Shown here piece by piece: positions 11,901-22,965 of a stretch of 64,000 nt of DNA. The notes beneath the pieces were generated by a model that worked only from the letters and a program-made list of their open reading frames with translations, did not search any database and was not told where the DNA came from. The DNA comes from Amphiscolops sp. MND2022 (taxonomy: Eukaryota): the NCBI GenBank assembly GCA_964187785.1, contig OZ076414.1, positions 16,244,001 through 16,308,000 on the forward strand, read 5' to 3'. A program made the translations under genes and the position numbers. The number at the start of each line of letters is the position of its first letter. Position 1 is the stretch's first letter.

Positions 11901-14900
11901 TTCAAATTCTTCTGTTCTTCGAACTGAAGGCTGCAAGGTGCCGAAAATATTGTATCTCCGTTCAGCTTTGTTCTGACTTGGAGCTACAACAACTTAACTG
12001 GGTTCTTTTGTATTATGCAGTTTCCTATCATTTTCCTGTCATTGAGCAGTTCCTTCTAATTTGTTTCGTATATAAATGAGTATTTGGCAAAAATAGATTA
12101 TCTGTCTTGACTGATTCCACGTGGTATCCATATAAAAATGCCCCGATCTCAAACCGAGGTAGTTTTGTCTTCATTTCTCCTTACAAGATCCATGTTCCTG
12201 TGAGCACTTCAAATTCTTCTGTTCTTTGAACCGAAGGCTGCAAGGTGCCGAAAATCTTGTATCTCCGTTCAGCTTTGTTCTGACTTGGAGCTACAACAAC
12301 TTAACTGGGTTCTTTTGTATTATGCAGCTTCCTATCAATTTCCTGTCATTGAGCAGTTCCTTCTAATTTGTTTCGTATATAAATGAGTATATGACAAAAA
12401 TAGATTATCTGTCTTGACTGATTCCAAGTGGTATCCATTAAAAAATGCCACGATCTCAAACCGAGGTAGTTTTGTCTTCATGATTTCTCCTTACAAGATC
12501 CATGTTTCTGTGAGCACTTCAAATTCTTCTGTTCTTCGAACTGAAGGCTGCAAGGTGGCGAAAATATTGTATCTCCGTTCAGCTTTGTTCTGACTTGGAG
12601 CTACAACAACTTAACTGGGTTCTTTTGTATTATGCAGTTTCCTATCAATTTCCTGTCATTGAGCAGTTCCTTCTAATTTGTGTCGTATATAAATGAGTAT
12701 TTGGCAAAAATAGATTATCTGTCTTGACTGATTCCAAGTGGTATCCATATAAAAATGCCACGATCTCAAACCGAGGTAGTTTTGTCTTCATGATTTTTCC
12801 TTACAAGATCCATGTTTCTGTGAGCACTTCAAATTCTTCTGTTCTTCGAACTGAAGGCTGCAAGGTGGCGAAAATATTGTATCTCCGTTCAGCTTTGTTC
12901 TGACTTGGAGCTACAACAACTTAACTGGGTTCTTTTGTTTTATGCAGTTTCCTATCAATTTCCTGTCATTGAGCAGTTCCTTCTAATTTGTGTCGTATAT
13001 AAATGAGTATTTGGCAAAAATAGATTATCTGTCCTGACTGATTCCACGTGGTATCCATATAAAAATTCCACGATCTCAAACCGATGTAGTTTTGTCTTCC
13101 TGATTTCTCCTTACAAGATCCATGTTTCTGTGAGCACTTCAAATTCTTCTGTTCTTCGAACTCCAGGCTGCAAGGTGCCGAAAATATTGTATCTCCGTTC
13201 AGCTTTGTTCTGACTTGGAGCTACAACAACTTAACTGGGTTCTTTTGTATTATGCAGCTTCCTATCAATTTCTTGTCATTGAGCAGTTCCTTCTAAGTTG
13301 TTTCGTATATAAATGAACATTTGGCAAAAATAGATTATCTGTCTTGACTGATTCCACGTGGTATCCATATAAAAATGCCACGATCTCAAACCGAGGTAGT
13401 TTTGTCTTCATGATTTCTCCTAACAAGATCCATGATTCTGTGAGCACTTCAAATTCTTCTGTTCTTCGAACTGGAGGCTGCAAGGTGCCGAAAATATTGT
13501 ATCTCCGTTCAGCTTTGTTCTGACTTGGAGCTACAACAACTTAACTGAGTTCTTTTGTTTTATGCAGTTTCCTATCATTTTCCTGTCATTGAGCAGTTCC
13601 TTCTAATTTGTTTCATATATAATTGAGTATTTGGCAAAAATAGATTATCTTTCTTGACTGATTCCACGTGGTATCCATTTAAAAATGCCACGATCTCAAA
13701 CCGAGGTAGTTTTGTCTTCCTGATTTCTCCTTACAAGATCCATGTTTCTGTGAGCACTTCAAATTCTGTTCTTTGAACCGAAGGCTGCAAGGTGCCGAAA
13801 ATATTGTATCTCCGTTCAGCTTTGTTCTGACTTGGAGCTACAACAACTTAACTGGGTTCTTTTGTATCATGCAGTTTCCTATCAATTTCCTGTCATTGAA
13901 CAGTTCCTTCTAATTTGTTTCGTATATAAATGAGTATATGGCAAAAATAGATTATGTCTTGACTGATTCCACGTGGTATCCATATAAAAAATGCCACGAT
14001 CTCGAACCGAGGTAGTTTTGTCTTCCTGATTTCTCCTTACAAGATCCATGTTTCTGTGAGCACTTCAAATTCCTCTGTTCTTTGAACCGAAGGCTGCAAG
14101 GTGCCGAAAATATTGTATCTCCGTTCAGCTTTGTTCTGACTTGGAGCTACAACAACTTAACTGGGTTCTTTTGTATCATGCAGTTTCCTATCAATTTCCT
14201 GTCATTGAACAGTTCCTTCTAATTTGTTTCGTATATAAATGAGTATATGGCAAAAATAGATTATGTCTTGACTGATTCCACGTGGTATCCATATAAAAAA
14301 TGCCACGATCTCGAACCGAGGTAGTTTTGTCTTCCTGATTTCTCCTTACAAGATCCATGTTTCTGTGAGCACTTCAAATTCCTCTGTTCTTTGAACCGAA
14401 GGCTGCAAGGTGCCGAAAATATTGTATCTCCGTTCAGCTTTGTTCTGACTTGGAGCTACAACAACTTAACTGGGTTCTTTTGTATTATGCAGTTTCCTAT
14501 CAATTTTCTGTCATTGAGCAGTTCCTTCTAATTTGTTTCGTATATATATGAGTATTTGGCAAAAATAGATTATCTGTCTTGACTGATTCCAAGTGGTATC
14601 CATATAAAAAATGACACGATCTCAAACCGAGGTAGTTTTGTCTTCCTGATTTCTCCTTACAAGATCCATGTTTCTGAGAGCACTTCAAATTCTTCTGTTC
14701 TTCGAACTGAAGGCTGCAAGATGCCGGAAATTTTGTATCTCCGTTCAACTTTGTTCTGACTTGGAGCTACAACAACTTAACTGGGTTCTTTTGTATTATG
14801 CAGTTTCCTATCATTTTCCTGTCATTGAACAGTTCCTTCTAATTTGTTTCGTATATAAATGAGTATTTGGCAAAAATAGATTATCTGTCCTGACTGATTC

Positions 14901-17300
14901 CACGTGGTATCCATATAAAAATTCCACGATCTCAAATCGATGTAGTTTTGTCTTCCTGATTTCTCCTTACAAGATCCATATTTCTGTGAGCACTTCAAAT
15001 TCCTCTGTTCTTTGAACCGAAGGCTGCAAGGTGCCGAAAATATTGTATCTCCGTTCAGCTTTGTTCTGACTTGGAGCTACAACAACTTAACTGGGTTCTT
15101 TTGTATTATGCAGTTTCCTATCAATTTTCTGTCATTGAGCAGTTCCTTCTAATTTGTTTCGTATATATATGAGTATATGGCAAAAATAGATTATCTGTCT
15201 TGACTGATTCCAAGTGGTATCCATATAAAAAATGACACGATCTCAAATCGATGTAGTTTTGTCTTCCTGATTTCTCCTTACAAGATCCATATTTCTGTGA
15301 GCACTTCAAATTCCTCTGTTCTTTGAACCGAAGGCTGCAAGGTGCCGAAAATATTGTATCTCCGTTCAGCTTTGTTCTGACTTGGAGCTACAACAACTTA
15401 ACTGGGTTCTTTTGTATTATGCAGTTTCCTATCATTTTCCTGTCATTGAACAGTTCCTTCTAATTTGTTTCGTATATAAATGAGTATTTGGCAAAAATAG
15501 ATTATCTGTCCTGACTGATTCCACGTGGTATCCATATAAAAATTCCACGATCTCAAATCGATGTAGTTTTGTCTTCCTGATTTCTCCTTACAAGATCCAT
15601 ATTTCTGTGAGCACTTCAAATTCTTCTGTTCTTTGAACCGAAGGGTGCAGGGTGCCTAAAATATTGTATCTCCGTTCAGCTGTGTTCTGACTTGGAGCTA
15701 CAACAACTTAACTGTGTTCTTTTGTATTATGCAGTTTCCTATCAATTTCCTGTCATTGAACAGTTCCTTCTAATTTGTTTCGTATATAAATGAGTATATG
15801 GCAAAAATAGATTATCTGTCTTGACTGATTCCACGTGGTATCCATATAAAAATGCCACGATCTCAAACCGAGGTCGTTTTGTCTTCCTGATTTCTCCTTA
15901 CAAGATCCATGTTTCTGTGAGCACTTCAAATTCTTCTGTTCTTCGAACTGAAGGCTGCAAGGTGCCGAAAATATTGTATCTCCGTTCAGCTTTGTTCTGA
16001 CTTGGAGCTACAACAATTTAACTGGGTTCTTTTGTATTATGCAGCTTCCTATCAATTTCCTGTGATTGAACAGTTTCTTCTAATTTGTTTCGTATATAAA
16101 TGAGTATTTGGCAAAAATAGATTATCTGTCTTGACTGATTCCACGTGGTATCCATATAAAAATGCCACGATCTCAAACCGAGGTAGTTTTGTCTTCCTGA
16201 TTTCTCCTTACAAGATCCATGTTCCTGTGAGCACTTCAAATTCTTCTGTTCTTTGAACCGAAGGCTGCAAGGTGCCGAAAATATTGTATCTCCGTTCAGC
16301 TTTGTTCTGACTTGGAGCTACAACAATTTAACTGGGTTCTTTTGTATTATGCAGCTTCCTATCAATTTCCTGTGATTGAACAGTTTCTTCTAATTTGTTT
16401 CGTATATAAATGAGTATTTGGCAAAAATAGATTATCTGTCTTGACTGATTCCACGTGGTATCCATATAAAAATGCCACGATCTCAAACCGAGGTAGTTTT
16501 GTCTTCCTGATTTCTCCTTACAAGATCCATGTTCCTGTGAGCACTTCAAATTCTTCTGTTCTTTGAACCGAAGGCTGCAAGGTGCCGAAATTATTGTTTA
16601 TCCGTTCAGCTTTGTGCTGATTTGGAGCTACAACAACCTAACTGTGGTCTGTGGTATTACACAGTTCTGTCATCTTCCTTCCATTCAGGAGTTCTTTTCT
16701 GTTTTTTTTTTGTTTCATTAAAAAGAAAATTTGGCAACAAAACATTTTCTGTAGCGTCTGATTTCACGTGATTTTGATTGCTTTGGAAAAATGTGATTTC
16801 AGCATCAGGTGGTTTTTCCCTCCTGTTTCCTCTTCCTCGCTACAAGATCCAGTTTACGAGAGCATCTCAAATTCTTCTGTTCCCTGAACCGAAGGCTGCA
16901 AGGTGCCGATATTATGTCTTGTATCTTCAGTCAGCTTCGTGCTGACTTAGAGGTAGTACAACAACCTAACTGGGCTCTTCCTTTGGACTAGTTCTGTCAT
17001 TTTTTCATCCAGAAGTTCTTGTGTTCAAATTTCTGTTTCGTATATGGATGGACGTTTGGCAGTGAAACCTGACGGTCTGCTTCGACTGTTTGTACATGGT
17101 ATCACTTGGAAAATTGTTCAGATTACTGCATGATGTATTTCGTCGTTTCACCTTCCTGTTTCCGCGTTACAAGATCCCATGTTTCTTGGAACACTTCAAA
17201 TTCTTCTGTTCCTTTAACCGAAGGCTGTAAGGTGCCGAAAAGTTGTATCTCTGTTCAGCTTTGTGCTGATTTGGAGCTACAAGAACCTAACTGGGTTCTC
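8920..17300. repeat. Tandem satellite array, ~310-bp monomer, about 25 near-identical plus 2-3 degenerate copies
   Basis: GCACTTCAAATTCTTCTGTTC...GAAGGCTGCAAGGTGCCGAAAATATTG recurs every ~307-311 bp from ~9100 to ~16540; edge copies at ~8940, ~16860 and ~17190 are degenerate. Confidence 0.97.
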
Positions 17301-17345
17301 TGTGTCGAGAAATGTTTTGGTTTTTAGTACAAGTTATTGTTACAG

Positions 17346-17604
17346 GTATTCCCCTGCAATATTTAACTGAGTCCCCCCTTGGTCAGAAGGGTCTGTTACG
17401 TCATCAAGAAGACGCAGATTTGATTCCAAGTATCATAGAATCAGTTTGCTTACGTCACGATGGGCTGCTCAAAGAGTGCCTGGCCATCAAACAGCACTGG
17501 TTCAGACCCCACGTGGTCAATCTTGCCATGGAGGGGGCTTTGACGTTGAACCCAAGCACTTTGGTGTCTTTCTTCTCTCATCGTGAAAATTATTCTCAAA
17601 ATAG
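17346..17604 (+). CDS. RBL1/RBL2: RBL-like exon 6 (GIPL...SIIESVCLRHDGLLKECLAIKQHWFRP...NYSQN)
   Basis: TTACAG acceptor, GTTAGT donor; matches CIIAVLCELHDGLLVEAKGIKEHYFKP; phase 1 to 2. Confidence 0.9.
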
Positions 17605-17902
17605 GTTAGTCTGCTAGTCAGGTCATATATTTCTACTGAGCAATAATGCAGTGGTTATTGCTCTCTGACCGTATTAGACCGGTTATGGGTTCAAATTTTT
17701 TAAACTTCGTTGAATTTTGACCTGGTTCCTCTTTATAATCGGCACTTTGAGGAATGAAACGCGACTATTATAGTGGCTTTTCGTCGTGTTTTCTTTCAAT
17801 CCATTTCAATTGACCATTTTAAATCAACTATCAAATTTAGTGTCGAGGGCCAAAGTTTTTCAAAGGCTCCTCATGTTCAATTTGGTTTCTCTCTTTCATT
17901 TT

Positions 17903-18265
17903 TAGTCGGCGTTTTCGAAGAAAATCCCGACTCTTACAGTGGCTAGTTTTTTTTTCGTCAGTTCAACGCGTACGTCCACTTTTTGTGCATTAATCCAATT
18001 AATGCACATTTACCAACTTTTACCATATGTACTTACTACTTCATTTTCAACGCATCCAAAGCGTCTAACATGAGATAAAAAGCGTCCAACCTTTTACATT
18101 TTTCGGCAATATGCGACTTACCGGAAACTTCGAAAAAAAATTCGGAATTTTTTTTTACTTTTTAGTTTTTTGAGAGCTTTTGTTGTCTCCAGTTGTAGAA
18201 AAAGTGGTTTTCGAGTCTTTTTGAGCCTTAGATATGGCGCCGACTTGGGCCGTTCCCGGCTTGTT
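17903..18265 (+). mobile_element. Helentron/DINE-1-like non-autonomous element
   Basis: 5' TTAGTCGGCG and 3' GCGCCGACTT subterminal inverted repeats, then hairpin GCCG-TTCC-CGGC and TTGTT; no TSD. Confidence 0.65.
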
Positions 18266-20128
18266 ATTATTTCTGCGATAGTAGGAATATTATTGAAATC
18301 TCAAGAATTCAACTATTTTTTTTTCAGTACAATTCTTGTGATATCAAGTACCTACTGAAAAATTCAGATATTTTGTTCGGCAGTGAGTATAAGCGTCAGT
18401 TTAAAATTTCTCAAGCTGCCGACAACAATTCGTTTCTCGTGCGATGGAAGGCGCGAGTGTGAATTATGCATTCGTACGGCGAGTCATTGAGATATATCGA
18501 ACGAGTGTTAATTATTCGTTCGCCGAGAGCTTCACCTGCATTCAAATGCGAATGCGAAACTTCGCCTACGCTTAGTAGTTATATTTACTTTAGTCTGAGA
18601 AGAATTAAAGGCCATGTAAACTGGTAGAGTGATTAATTGTGCGCTATATAAATGATTAAGATATGCTTCTATTATTGAACATGAAAGCCTAAAGGCAGAA
18701 ATAATACCCCCGAAGGTCCTATTTCTTAACATGGTCATTCGAATTCCAATCTTTGTCGGTGTATTTTTGGCAGTTGTCAAAAATTTCACAAAGGAGTCCG
18801 TCCCTCGTTTAGTTTTTTTGATGTTTTCAGCTAGAAAAAATTCTTGAAGCCCGAAGGGAGCCCTTTTATATCTTTCGGCACCGTGCGACTTGGGAATTTT
18901 CATGCAAACACCCATTCAGCATCTTTTAAAGTTCAAGGCCAAGTAGACTCACTTTTTTCCAATTGAAAATGATTCAAAAAGTTTCTTAAAGCTTTGAAGT
19001 ACTTTGAAGACCGAGCTTTTAAGCTGATTTCGAAATGCGTTTTAGAACCAACTATGATCTTTTTGGAGATTAGCACCTGTGGAAGAAGAAATTGTCGGTA
19101 ACTTAATTTTATATTCATTACGAATTGAGTAATCCCCCATGCTCTAGTGCCCACTGCAAATTATCTTGAAACCCTTGCCAAGATCTTGAATATTCTTACA
19201 TATTCCCGTTCACTTATATTCCCGGAGGCGGCTTCTGTTAAGCGGAAGCCCGTTGTTGTAAGAGGAGACATACCTTAACTATGAGCAGTCTCTTTGAAAC
19301 CTCAACTTTAAGTCGACCGTTGTATGAGCAGTTGGTTATAAATTTTCTGCAATAGTTTGCTGCTGATTCAAGTCCATTCAAGGCCTCGGGGAATTAAGTT
19401 CAGGGCTAAATTACATGTATTCTGGAGTTGCATTATATGTGCACTAGACTATACCACTTAGTACAACGAAATGTACAGCACCACGAGAAAAGATTTTGCA
19501 GAAGGATTCTGTCTCTAGGAAAGTTCAGACGCATGCCTACCAACTGAATATGCAATAAATAGACTGTGTTTGTTTGCAAGATCTCTCGTCATGTGAGTTA
19601 AAACCCTAATAATTTGTGGTCTTTTCGCGATGATCACTTCGAGCTTCTTTGAAGTATTTTTGGTAAATACCTATAAGAAAGTGATGTCGAATCGCCTTTA
19701 GTTACAAGTGTTTGATGTGGTTTACTTGATTTCTGGTGGACTTGAGTGTTTTCTCATTCCAATAATTTGACTGTAGTTTTTCAGATCACTCTATTAGGCT
19801 TCGGATTAATGACTATTTAGGTTGTGAAGCATTGTCTGAAACGGCATTTCGGGCAGCATGATATTTCTTAGCCTTTTGAAGAAAGGCTTCGCTACCATTC
19901 TACTGGAGAAAAACTGTTTAAAAACAAGTGTGGATCCTCCCAAATTAGAATTTGGCAACATATGATCATCAATATGCACTTTGCATTCATCTTTCTATCA
20001 GCTCTTGTTTTATGGATGTCCCGAATTGCGCCGGCAATTCTTTCTCATTCTCGTATAACCTCATGTTTTATCTTAAAATACTGTTGTCATTTTCAAAAAA
20101 TTGTGACAAACCGTTTTTTACTTTGAAG

Positions 20129-20252
20129 GAACTATCTGGACACTAGCTACGAGTTGATGATTCAGAAGTCGGGACAGCTGGATGAAAGGCTGTTTGTGAG
20201 AGAATGCAGCGAGGGTGAAAACTCCACGTTACTCTACTCTTCTGTGCTCAAG
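20129..20252 (+). CDS. RBL1/RBL2: RBL-like exon 7 (NYLDTSYELMIQKSGQLDERLFV...SVLK)
   Basis: Matches INKAYEEYVLSVGNLDERIFL; AAG acceptor, GTAAGC donor; phase 2 to 0. Confidence 0.88.
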
Positions 20253-20434
20253 GTAAGCATCCATCTCTTCATGTGAATTTCATAAGTGGATCAAGTCTTC
20301 AAGAACATGTCAAAGTCTTAATTGTATCTGAATTTTTTGCTCACTTATATCAACAACATAAGTGAACTCTCAGGCATTAAACCATTTCTTTCAGTTTTCT
20401 TTCATTCAGAGGTCCAACTTTGTGAATATGGTAT

Positions 20435-21545
20435 CATGTTTCGTATATGAATGAGCATTTGGCAACAAAACAGATTTTCTGTTTCGACTCCACATTGTAT
20501 TCCTATAGAAAAATGTCACGATCTCAAAAGGAGGTGGTGTTGTCTTCCTAATTCCTCCTTACAAGATTTATGGTTCTTTGAGCACTTCTTCTGTTTCTTG
20601 AACCGAAGGCTGCAAGGTGCCGAAAATATATCTTGTATCTTCAATCAGCATCGTGCTGACTTGGAGGTACCACAATCTCACTGGGTTCTTTGGTATTACA
20701 CAGTTCTGTCAAATTCCGTCCATCCAAAAGTTCATTTCTACTTTTTGTTTCATTAAAAAGAGAATTTGGCAACAAAACATTTTTTGTATCGACTGATTCC
20801 ACGTGACATTGATTGTTTTGGGAAAATGTGATTTCAGCATGAGGTGGTTCTTAGTCGGCGCTTTTCCTAAGAAAAATGCCCGACTAGTACAGTGGATAGT
20901 TTTTTTCAGTTCACTCTGAATGGTTCACTTTTTTGTTCATTTGTTCAAACGTTTTCAATGTTCGAATATAACGTTTCCACAGTTCGGATGTAACGTTTTC
21001 AAAGTTCGGATAAAACATTTCAAAGTTCGGATGTAACAGAATGGTTGTTAAAAAATCCGAAAATGCGCTCCAATTCGGTCCAATTTTTGTTTGGGTTCTT
21101 TGGGTACTGTAGAAGAGAATACTTGATACTTTGGCGCCGACTTGGGCCGTTCCCGGCTTGTTCCTTCCTGTTTCCTCATCCTCGTTACAAGATCCAGTAT
21201 AGGAGAGCATCTCAAATTCTTCTGTTTCTTGAAGCGAAGGCTGCAAGGTGCCGAAAATATATCTTGTATCTTCAATCAGCTTCGTGCTGACTTGGAGGTA
21301 CAACAACGTAGCTGGGCTCTTCCCTTGTACCAGTTGTCATTTTTTCATCCACAAGTTCAGTTTTCTAGTTTTTGTTTCGTATATGAATGGAGGTTTAGCA
21401 GTGAAACCTAACGTTCTGCTTCGACTGTTTGCACATGGTTGTTCAGATTACAGCATGATGTAATTCGTCGTTTAACCGCCCTGTTTCCAGCGTTACAAGA
21501 TCCAGAGATCTTTGAGCACTTCAAATACTTTTGTTTCTTGAACCG
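20435..21545. repeat. Degenerate copies of the 310-bp satellite unit, split by a Helentron-like insertion
   Basis: Contains GAAGGCTGCAAGGTGCCGAAAAT at ~20607 and ~21237; closely resembles the degenerate array edge at 16600-17200. Confidence 0.8.
20851..21162 (+). mobile_element. Helentron/DINE-1-like non-autonomous element
   Basis: TTAGTCGGCGC ... GGCGCCGACTTGGGCCGTTCCCGGCTTGTT; the flanks rejoin into a satellite monomer. Confidence 0.7.
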
Positions 21546-21704
21546 AATATTGTCGCCCGACCTGCATTAATGGGGTAAATGTCAAACTTGGAATGATCTT
21601 CATTAATTTTTCATATCAGCATTTCACGAAAATAGTTTGAAATTTCGGAATCAAATGGTACAACCTTGCATCATATCAAGGAGATGACACCCGCTGCTTT
21701 TTAG

Positions 21705-22022
21705 CATCATGTAGAAACTTCGAGAGATAACCGACCAATGGGGTGCAGTTCTAGTAGTTATGTCCCAAAAAGCTCACCAACCGTCGTGAATGAGGGCCAA
21801 GGTGTGGCTCACCTCAGTTGTGACCTGTCTCTCACAGGTAGCGCCTCTTTTGGGTCAGCGGTTCAAGGGCTCACAAGACTGCAAGCCATCCTGGTTGGAC
21901 ATGGGAATCAACCACCTAACTCGCTAATGGAGCTCTTCAACGAATGCTCCGCTCTCACTGCTGAGGAAATCACAATGGGCGTGAAGTTCATGGGCTCACT
22001 TTTCACCAAACAGTTTGAATTG
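21705..22022 (+). CDS. RBL1/RBL2: RBL-like exon 8 (linker and start of pocket A: SAVQGLTRLQAILVG...LMELFNEC...FTKQFEL)
   Basis: Matches p107 SATQSVSRLQSIVAG...LINIFESC. The phase-0 acceptor TTTTTAG at 21704 fits exon 7; GTTCGT donor. The 5' boundary is less certain. Confidence 0.8.
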
Positions 22023-22580
22023 GTTCGTGTTTCCTTTAGCCTCAAACAACGAAAGTTGTTATATTCACGTTTTTGAGATGTGAAGTTCATCTTGAAATCG
22101 ATGTGACAATTGAGATTAATATGGATCAGTTTGGACTATTTGTTGAGTAATAAAGCAGTTAGATTTTCTGAAAATTAGAATTTTTGTTGATCTACGTAGT
22201 ATTGCATTCAGGTTTTTGAGCCCGTAATCAAACGTAATTTCTTTTAGGTTATGAAAAAGCACTTTTTGTGTTATGATAAGGAGAATAATAAACCGGAAAT
22301 GGTAGATTCTGTTTTATAAGTCTTTCGTTAAATTTTTTGAGAACAAATATAAATAATTCAATATGTTCTGATTCCTGTCTTGCATGAAGGATCACACATC
22401 AGCAGTTGCTTCGAAAATGGCCACAATTTGAAACATAACTTCGACTCCGATATATTTGAATTATATACCGAGTTGTTTCCGAAATGATTTCCTTGTTAAA
22501 TCTAACAAAAGTTGTCTCATCAAACTAAGAAAACTATAACATTGAGCTCGAGCAAGCTGTAATCCATGCTTTTATTTCAG

Positions 22581-22730
22581 GAAGTTAAAGACTCTATGAT
22601 GGCTGAACAAATTTCTTGTCTTGTGGATATGAAGTTGTACTATGCTGAGACTCTTTACTACAAACTACTGGAAGAAATGCTCTCCTCAGAAGCCAAGCGA
22701 TTGAGATCAAATTCCAAAATTTTCATATTC
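22581..22730 (+). CDS. RBL1/RBL2: RBL-like exon 9 (EVKDS...YAETLYYKLLEEMLSSEAKRL...)
   Basis: TTTATTTCAG acceptor, GTTAGT donor; matches LAEILYYKILETVMVQETRRL; phase 0 to 0. Confidence 0.9.
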
Positions 22731-22965
22731 GTTAGTTAGCTCATTGACTTTTTGTCGGCGCTATTTGTAATAAAATGTGCCCGACTTCTACATTGACTAA
22801 TTTTTAGCCAGACCGCAATGTATCTAAAAGGTCCACTTCCCACAGGCTTTGTCTAAGGTGTAAAAGAGTACTCAAAGAGTCCCCGTAGATTACTTAAATT
22901 TTTTTATTAGAATTACAAGCTCTGATAACTAAGGGCCCTCTCCTAGTTTTTTGACGATGTGCGAC

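Noticed and set aside
8920-17300. CRISPR-like or coding repeat (recurrent 62-82-aa minus-strand ORFs MKCSQKHGSCKEK...)
   Set aside because: Whole 310-bp units repeat with no unique spacers, the context is eukaryotic and intronic, and the small ORFs are broken by indels and stops in most monomers.
21835-21838. CAG at 21837 as the exon 8 acceptor
   Set aside because: It gives phase 1, while exon 7 ends in phase 0; TAG at 21704 gives a continuous frame.
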